A stretch of 64,000 nucleotides of DNA, taken from the NCBI GenBank assembly GCA_964016885.1, contig OZ024742.1, positions 139,810,001 through 139,874,000 on the forward strand, given 5' to 3'. The DNA comes from Eledone cirrhosa (Eukaryota). Positions 54,121-64,000 of this stretch are shown here, one piece after another (position 1 is the stretch's first letter; every line of letters begins with the position of its first letter). The notes under the pieces are model-generated. The model saw only the letters and a list, made by a program, of their open reading frames with translations. It was not told the DNA's origin and did no database searches. Position numbers and translations under genes: made by a program.

Positions 54121-54784
54121 ATATCAAATCTACGAGATGTTGATATTTATTTGGAGAACAATACCTTAACATCAGTATGAGCCAATTTGAACGGAAAGAG
54201 GTGAGAGAATTCTGACCGGATAAGGCTGGTTTAAATGCTAAAGATTTAAAGTCAACTTTGTCTTTCATCCTTCCACGGTTGATAAAATAAAATACCAGTA
54301 AAATACTGGTTTCAATTTAATCAACTTTCTCCTCCTTTAATATTACTGTCCTCATGCCAACGTTATAAACCATTATTATAAAGGCAATGATTGTTAGAAT
54401 ATTTAGTTATGCTGTTCTATGTTTGAGTTTAAATCTTGCTGTGATGATATTTAGCTTCTATTCTTCTGGGGTTGACTACATCCCCAACCCACACATCCTC
54501 TCATAAACATATAACTTTGTACCAATATTAGACATTGAGAAATTGCTATCCTATACAAGTAGTGACCTGCAGAATCTGTAGAGCAACAGATAAAGTGTTT
54601 TGCAATATTTCATTACATATATGTTCTGTATTCAAATGTTGCCAGGGACGACTTTTGTCTTTCAACCCTTTGAGGATTGTTAAAATAAAGTACCAGTCAA
54701 GTACTAAGACTGATTAAACACATAAATACCCCTCCACAGTCATGGGTGTAAATTAGAAATTATTTTTATTATTAGAAACAATCA

Positions 54785-56030
54785 AAGGCAGTGGGTTGGC
54801 CAGAGTCGGTAGAGCATTGGACAAATGCTTATCATTATTTGTTATCCCCTGTGGGGCGTGCACCCCACGTTGAGAATCCCTCATAAATAAATATATGTGA
54901 GTGTGTTGCTATGACTGCTATTTCTAGCAGGTTTGGGATTGGCAGTATCGGTAGAGGGTCGGACGCCATGCTTTCCAGCATAGTTACGTCCCTTTACGAT
55001 CTGAGTTCAAATCCCGCCGAGGTTGACTTTGCCTTTCATCCTTACGGGGTCGATAAAATAAAGAACCAGTAATGCACTGGTAGATTGCTGGCCTTGTGCC
55101 TAAAGTAGAAACAATTATTTGTTCTAGCTCTTTACGTTCTGAGTTCAAATCCTGCTGAGGTTAGCTTTCCTCTTCATCCTCATGGGGTCAATAAAATAAA
55201 GTACCAGTAATACACTGGGGTTGATTTAATCAACTTTCCCCTCTCCCCAAATTGCTTGTCTTGTGTCTAAATCAGAAACCATTATTACAAACAATCGGTG
55301 GGCGTGGATTGGCAGTATCGGTAGAGGGTCAGACTACATGCTTTGCAGCAAAGAGTTACGACCCTTTATGGTCTGGGTTCAAATCCCGCCGAGGTTAACT
55401 TTGCCTTTCATCCTTACGGGGTCGATAAAATAAAGTACCAGTAATACACTGGGATAACTGCTGGCCTTGTGCCAAAAGTAGAAACAATTATTACAAACAA
55501 TCATTTTATGAGGCAAATTTTAATTTTGAAAGTATGTTTACTTAATGTGTTGCTACAATGCAGGTTTAACTATAAAACACTTGAGTGATTGAGCATGTAA
55601 ACCTCCTAGAGATAGAAAAACTAGTAGCGGTCTGGCATATGGCAGATGTGAGTCTGATTCACAGAAGAAAACTCTGTCCACTTTTTTTCATCCCCTCCCC
55701 AGAGGTTTATATTCTCAACTTGTTCAACTATTTTATAGTTAAAGCTGTGTTGTAGCAGCTTCTTAAGCTACTACAACACAGCTAACTTATTTTCTAAAGT
55801 CTGTCTCAAACCGGGAGGCTCATTAGGTTGGTGCTTATCTTGGTTTCCTTAGTGTTAAGTGACTAAGAACAAGGACTTCACCCTGGATAGTTCAAATCCG
55901 GCTGAGGTTAGCTTTGCCTTTTCTCCTTACATGGTCCATAGAATAAAGTACCAGTAACGCGCTGGGGTTGATTTAATTGACTTTCCCATTGCCTTCAAAT
56001 TGCTGGCCTTGTGCCTAAATCAGAAACCAT
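54785..56030 (+). mobile_element. Cluster of nested SINE B copies
   Basis: Well-preserved copies at ~54936-55097 and ~55300-55490, among older copies at 54785-55265 and 55890-56030. Confidence 0.8.
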
Positions 56031-56052
56031 TATTATTATTATTAGTAATAGT

Positions 56053-59000
56053 TTTATTTTCATTACATGCTGTCATTATTCTGTTAGTCTAGGTTTATTG
56101 TTCACTTTATCTCTTCTCTATTTTCATTACATGCTGTCATTATTCTGTTAGTCTAGGTTTATTGTTCACTTTAACTGTTTATTTTCATTACATGCTGTCA
56201 TTATTCTGTTAGTTTAGGTTTATTGTTCACTTTAACTGTTTATTTTCATTACATGCCGTCATTATTCTGTTAGTTTAGGTTTATTTTCACTTTAACTGTT
56301 TATTTTCATTACAAGCTGTCATTAGTCTGTTAGTTTAGGTTTATTGTTCACTTTAACTGTTTATTTTCATTACATGCTGTCATTATTCTGTTAGTTTAGG
56401 TTTATTGTTCACCTTAACTGTTTATTTTCATTACAAGCTGTCATTATTCTGTTAGTTTAGGTTTATTGTTCACTTTAACTGTTTATTTTCATTACATGCT
56501 GTCATTATTCTGTTAGTTTAGGTTTATTGTTCACTTTAACTGTTTATTTTCATTACATGCTGTCATTATTCTGTTAGTTTAGGTTTATTGTTCACTTTAA
56601 CTGTTTATTTTCATTACATGCTGTCATTATTCTGTTAGTTTAGGTTTATTGTTCACTTTAACTGTTTATTTTCATTACATGCTGTCATTATTCTGTTAGT
56701 TTAGGTTTATTGTTCACCTTAACTGTTTATTTTCATTACAAGCTGTCATTATTCTGTTAGTTTAGGTTTATTGTTCACTTTAACTGTTTATTTTCATTAC
56801 ATGCTGTCATTATTCTGTTAGTTTAGGTTTATTGTTCACTTTAACTGTTTATTTTCATTACATGCTGTCATTATTCTGTTAGTTTAGGTTTATTGTTCAC
56901 TTTAACTGTTTATTTTCATTACATGCTGTCATTATTCTGTTAGTCTAGGTTTATTGTTCATTTTAACTGTTTATTTTCATTACATGCTGTCATTATTCTG
57001 TTAGTTTAGGTTTATTGTTCACTTTAACTGTTTATTTTCATTACAAGCTGTCATTATTCTGTTAGTCTAGGTTTATTGTTCACTTTAACTGTTTATTTTC
57101 ATTACAAGCTGTCATTATTCTGTTAGTCTAGGTTTATTGTTCACTTTAACTGTTTATTTTCATTACATGCTGTCATTATTCTGTTAGTTTAGGTTTATTG
57201 TTCACTTTAACTGTTTATTTTCATTACAAGCTGTCATTATTCTGTTAGTCTAGGTTTATTGTTCACTTTAACTGTTTATTTTCATTACAAGCTGTCATTA
57301 TTCTGTTAGTCTAGGTTTATTGTTCACTTTAACTGTTTATTTTCATTACATGCTGTCATTATTCTGTTAGTTTAGATTTATTGTTCACTTTAACTGTTTA
57401 TTTTCATTACATGCTGTCATTATTCTGTTAGTTTAGGTTTATTGTTCACTTTAACTGTTTATTTTCATTACATGCTGTCATTATTCTGTTAGTCTAGGTT
57501 TATTGTTCACTTTAACTGTTTATTTTCATTACATGCTGTCATTATTCTGTTAGTTTAGGTTTATTGTTCACTTTAACTGTTTATTTTCATTACATGCTGT
57601 CATTATTCTGTTAGTTTAGGTTTATTGTTCACTTTAACTGTTTATTTTCATTACATGCTGTCATTATTCTGTTAGTCTAGGTTTATTGTTCACTTTAACT
57701 GTTTATTTTCATTACATGCTGTCATTATTCTGTTAGTTTAGGTTTATTGTTCACTTTAACTGTTTATTTTCATTACATGCTGTCATTAGTCTGTTAGTTT
57801 AGGTTTATTGATCACTTTAACTGTTTATTTTCATTACAAGCTGTCATTATTCTGTTAGTTTAGGTTTATTGTTCACTTTAACTGTTTATTTTCATTACAT
57901 GCTGTCATTATTCTGTTAGTCTAGGTTTATTGTTCACTTTAACTGTTTATTTTCATTACATGCTGTCATTATTCTGTTAGTTTAGGTTTATTGTTCACTT
58001 TAACTGTTTATTTTCATTACAAGCTGTCATTATTCTGTTAGTTTAGGTTTATTGTTCACTTTAACTGTTTATTTTCATTACATGCTGTCATTATTCTGTT
58101 AGTCTAGGTTTATTGTTCACTGTAACTGTTTATTTTCATTACATGCTGTCATTATTCTGTTAGTCTAGGTTTATTGTTCACTTTAACTGTTTATTTTCAT
58201 TACATGCTGTCATTATTCTGTTAGTCTAGGTTTATTGTTCACTTTAACTGTTTATTTTCATTACAAGCTGTCATTATTCTGTTAGTTTAGGTTTATTGTT
58301 CACTTTAACTGTTTATTTTCATTACATGCTGTCATTATTCTGTTAGTCTAGGTTTATTGTTCACTTTAACTGTTTATTTTCATTACATGCTGTCATTATT
58401 CTGTTAGTTTAGGTTTATTGTTCACTTTAACTGTTTATTTTCATTACATGCTGTCATTATTCTGTTAGTTTAGGTTTATTGTTCACTTTAACTGTTTATT
58501 TTCATTACATGCTGTCATTATTCTGTTAGTCTAGGTTTATTGTTCACTTTAACTGTTTATTTTCATTACATGCTGTCATTATTCTGTTAGTCTAGGTTTA
58601 TTGTTCACTTTAACTGTTTATTTTCATTACATGCTGTCATTATTCTGTTAGTTTAGGTTTATTGTTCACTTTAACTGTTTATTTTCATTACAAGCTGTCA
58701 TTATTCTGTTAGTTTAGGTTTATTGTTCACTTTAACTGTTTATTTTCATTACATGCTGTCATTATTCTGTTAGTCTAGGTTTATTGTTCACTGTAACTGT
58801 TTATTTTCATTACATGCTGTCATTATTCTGTTAGTCTAGGTTTATTGTTCACTTTAACTGTTTATTTTCATTACATGCTGTCATTATTCTGTTAGTCTAG
58901 GTTTATTGTTCACTTTAACTGTTTATTTTCATTACAAGCTGTCATTATTCTGTTAGTTTAGGTTTATTGTTCACTTTAACTGTTTATTTTCATTACATGC

Positions 59001-59955
59001 TGTCATTATTCTGTTAGTCTAGGTTTATTGTTCACTTTAACTGTTTATTTTCATTACATGCTGTCATTATTCTGTTAGTTTAGGTTTATTGTTCACTTTA
59101 ACTGTTTATTTTCATTACATGCTGTCATTATTCTGTTAGTTTAGGTTTATTGTTCACTTTAACTGTTTATTTTCATTACATGCTGTCATTATTCTGTTAG
59201 TCTAGGTTTATTGTTCACTTTAACTGTTTATTTTCATTACATGCTGTCATTATTCTGTTAGTTTAGGTTTATTGTTCACTTTAACTGTTTATTTTCATTA
59301 CATGCTGTCATTATTCTGTTAGTTTAGGTTTATTGTTCACTTTAACTGTTTATTTTCATTACATGCTGTCATTATTCTGTTAGTCTAGGTTTATTGTTCA
59401 CTTTAACTGTTTATTTTCATTACATGCTGTCATTATTCTGTTAGTTTAGGTTTATTGTTCACTTTAACTGTTTATTTTCATTACATGCTGTCATTATTCT
59501 GTTAGTTTAGGTTTATTGTTCACTTTAACTGTTTATTTTCATTACATGCTGTCATTAGTCTGTTAGTTTAGGTTTATTGATCACTTTAACTGTTTATTTT
59601 CATTACAAGCTGTCATTATTCTGTTAGTTTAGGTTTATTGTTCACTTTAACTGTTTATTTTCATTACATGCTGTCATTATTCTGTTAGTCTAGGTTTATT
59701 GTTCACTTTAACTGTTTATTTTCATTACATGCTGTCATTATTCTGTTAGTTTAGGTTTATTGTTCACTTTAACTGTTTATTTTCATTACAAGCTGTCATT
59801 ATTCTGTTAGTTTAGGTTTATTGTTCACTTTAACTGTTTATTTTCATTACATGCTGTCATTATTCTGTTAGTCTAGGTTTATTGTTCACTGTAACTGTTT
59901 ATTTTCATTACATGCTGTCATTATTCTGTTAGTCTAGGTTTATTGTTCACTTTAA
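56053..59955. repeat. 61-bp tandem satellite, about 64 copies
   Basis: Unit TTTATTTTCATTACATGCTGTCATTATTCTGTTAGTTTAGGTTTATTGTTCACTTTAACTG; shifts 1 bp per 60-bp line. Confidence 0.97.
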
Positions 59956-60129
59956 AATACACTCATAGAATCAAAACATATTCCTTTTCTCTCATGTGCA
60001 CATGTTTTTTATATTTTATTTGTGGCACTTGAGGGTTAAAGTTAAGCCCGTTATTTAGAATAAGTTATTGATCTTTTTGTTTCTAAGTTTCTAAAGATTT
60101 ACACATTAAGGTCTTTGTATTTTTTCCCC

Positions 60130-60480
60130 ATATTTGCATGGGTTGGATGAGGTTTTTCCAGCACAGCATTCCTTCACTTACTGCATCCCTTCATCATATC
60201 CTCAGTGAGGTGCAGTGTTTTGGGATCCACTCTAACCCTTTCTGTCCAGGTCTATCTTCTCTTTCCTCTACTGCAGCTTCCTTTCACTGAGAACTCCTGG
60301 CACTTCTTTACCCAACAATCATTAGCCACACATGTCCATGGGACTCCAGACAAACTGATGTCAACTCTGATAAGAGAGAAAATGACAGCTAGCTGCCATC
60401 CGAGGGTCAGTGTGTGAATAGATTTTGCTACATCTATCACAGTGGTCACTATAGACTGCTTCTTGATCCGGAGGTATTTT
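60130..60480 (-). mobile_element. Decayed RTE 3' fragment
   Basis: DCWVKKCQEFSVKGSCSRGKRR.TW resembles the C-terminus of 52957-53736. Confidence 0.6.
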
Positions 60481-61009
60481 GAACTGGAGTGGCTATTCCA
60501 GTAGTCATAGAACGAAATGACCATATGTAGCTAGAGCACCTGACCCCAAAAGACAGATAGATGGAGAAAAGGGTTCTGACACACACAAACACCACTGCCC
60601 TCCCTTTGATGACTTACCTGTTATATCATCATGGAGAAGTGGCAGATGAGATTTATATACAAATAGAGAGTTGACAGCTGAGCGTTTTAATGATATTCAA
60701 TATTGAGATGTTTAAGTTCAATGTTAGACACGACACACATGCAAACACAGCCGCCCTCCTTTGAGTGACTTACTGGTTATATCAACAGAGAACTCTTGAC
60801 TGGAACTGGTTCGTATGATTTATATCCCTATATAGCAATATATAGCGAGGGAAAAATGTAAATGACAGAGAGAAACACATAGAGAGAGGTAACATACAAA
60901 CATATACAAACATACATAGACAGAGAAATACACACATACATTTTCATTTATAGTATAGAAGATACAGAAAAAGAGTGAGAGAGTGTAGTAAAGATATATA
61001 CAGAGGGGG

Positions 61010-62580
<1,571 letters not shown>

Positions 62581-62599
62581 ATATATATATATATATATA

Positions 62600-64000
62600 A
62601 TGGAAAAATTTGAACAGGGACAAAACAGAGAGGCAGTACAATAAATGTTTATTAATTTCACGCTCAGGAGAGTGGGGGGGGGGTAGGGGGGGACGTTTCG
62701 GGCATAAGCCCTTCCTCAGGTGAGAAGTGTGTGGGAACAGAGTTCAAAAGGTGTGTAGGGGAGTGGTGGAGAGACATATAGCGAAAGGAAACGGTGCGAA
62801 TGAAAAAAAACAAATAAAGATAAAAAATAAAAATAAAGCATGATCAAAATACAAGGAATGAGAAAATTTAAAAATAAAGGCATGATCAAAATAAACTGAA
62901 ATTAACAGGGGGGTAAACAGGTGGTGGAAGGGTGTGGGGTGAGTAGGGTGGTGGCGGGTGGAGTGGGGAGAGGGAGACGGGGTGTCCTCCGAGCGGGGAG
63001 GGCTGAAGGTGGTGTGTGTGTGTAGGTGTGTGTGTATGTGAAAGTAAGGGTTGGGGGAAAAACAGGGTTGCATGTTCAGGAAGGGGGGGGGTCGGAGTGT
63101 CTGTGCGTGTGTGGATAGGGGGTGGGGGGAGAGGAATCAGGAGGCTGAGGGTGTAAATATGTGGTGGGAAGCACGTGTGTGTGGGGTTTAAGCGTGTTGT
63201 GGGTGTGGGTGGCGTGTGGAGAAAAAAATTTGGGGGGGGGGGGGTGAGTTATATAGGTGATTACGCAAGAGGATGGTTGAAAAGTTGGTAAGTTCCAAGG
63301 ATGTTCAGTAGATTGTTTGTAAGTCAAATTCTGCGTGTGGGTAATCCATGAAGTGGTGGTCGGAAGAGGAGAGATGTGGGGTGCGCGCGCAACAGGAAGT
63401 GGTCAGCAGTGGGAGTGCTGTGGTCTGTTGGTGCTGGCAGGTGGCCAGAGGGCACAGCAGCAGTCAGTGGAATGGTAGGGAGCGAGGATGGGTAGGTGTG
63501 AAAGTTGGAGTGTGGAGGGTGTGTGTGTGTGTGTGTGTGTGTATTAGTAGGGGTGTTAGTGGGATGAGTGAGTGTGGAGCGTGGGTGTGGGTGGAGTGGG
63601 GAGAGAAGGTGTGTGTGGTTCTATGGAGGGAGTGTGGTGTATTGGTGTGTGTGTAGTTTGATGAAGAGGTGTTAGTGGGTGTTAGTATACGGGAGGTGGG
63701 GAGGGGTTGAATGCAGGTGTGAGTGGTGGTAGGGTGTGTAGAGTTGGTGGTGTACGAGGGTGTGTGGGTACGTGTGCGTGGGGTTGGGGGGGGGGGTTAG
63801 TTGCGTGTGGGGTGGGTGGTGTAAGTGGGTGCGTGTGTTCGTGTGCTTGGGGTTAGGGGGTGTTAGTGAGGTTAGTTGCGGGGGGTGGGATGGAGGTGTG
63901 GGGGTGAGGGTTAGTGGTGGTAGTAGGGTGTGTGTTTAGTGTGAGCGCGTGTATATATGTGCCGGTGGGTGTGTGCGTGTGATAAGGAAGGGGGAGGAGG
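62600..64000 (-). mobile_element. Decayed PLE-like element with CA-rich low-complexity body, running off the window end
   Basis: Hammerhead core plus (AT)n flank; weak EN-like remnant STPTADHF...ILGT at ~63290-63450. Confidence 0.45.
62685..62725 (-). ncRNA. Minimal PLE-type hammerhead core (stem I degenerate)
   Basis: CTGAGGA-A-GGGC/GCCC-GAAACGTC. Confidence 0.6.

Noticed and set aside
56053-59955. CRISPR-like regular array
   Set aside because: Units are contiguous 61-bp repeats with no unique spacers, there are no cas genes, and the context is eukaryotic.

Overview
This is AT-rich animal genomic DNA. The SINE families, RTE/CR1/R4 LINE relics and very dense (AT)n/(AC)n microsatellites suggest an octopod cephalopod, but that is an inference. 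I found no convincing host protein-coding gene, and most ORF-track entries are translated microsatellites. The window is almost entirely repeats: tRNA-derived SINEs, RTE, CR1-like, Tx1/L1 and R4/Dong LINE fragments, Helitrons, a hAT MITE, mariner relics, a 2.0-kb non-autonomous LTR element (tRNA-Trp PBS, AGCT TSD), a 0.9-kb higher-order tandem array and a 61-bp satellite. The main signal is about 13 well-formed and several partial type I hammerhead ribozyme (HHR) motifs. They belong to many unrelated short non-coding families, nearly all inserted in (AT)n tracts, alongside two GIY-YIG Penelope-like element (PLE) fragments. The motifs have palindromic stem III, compensatory base changes between copies and some U3-A8 core variants. 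One locus has a 466-nt ribozyme-to-ribozyme unit (retrozyme-like), and several inverted-duplication junctions fall at or within about 3 nt of the predicted cleavage site. All folds were derived by eye and none were computed.
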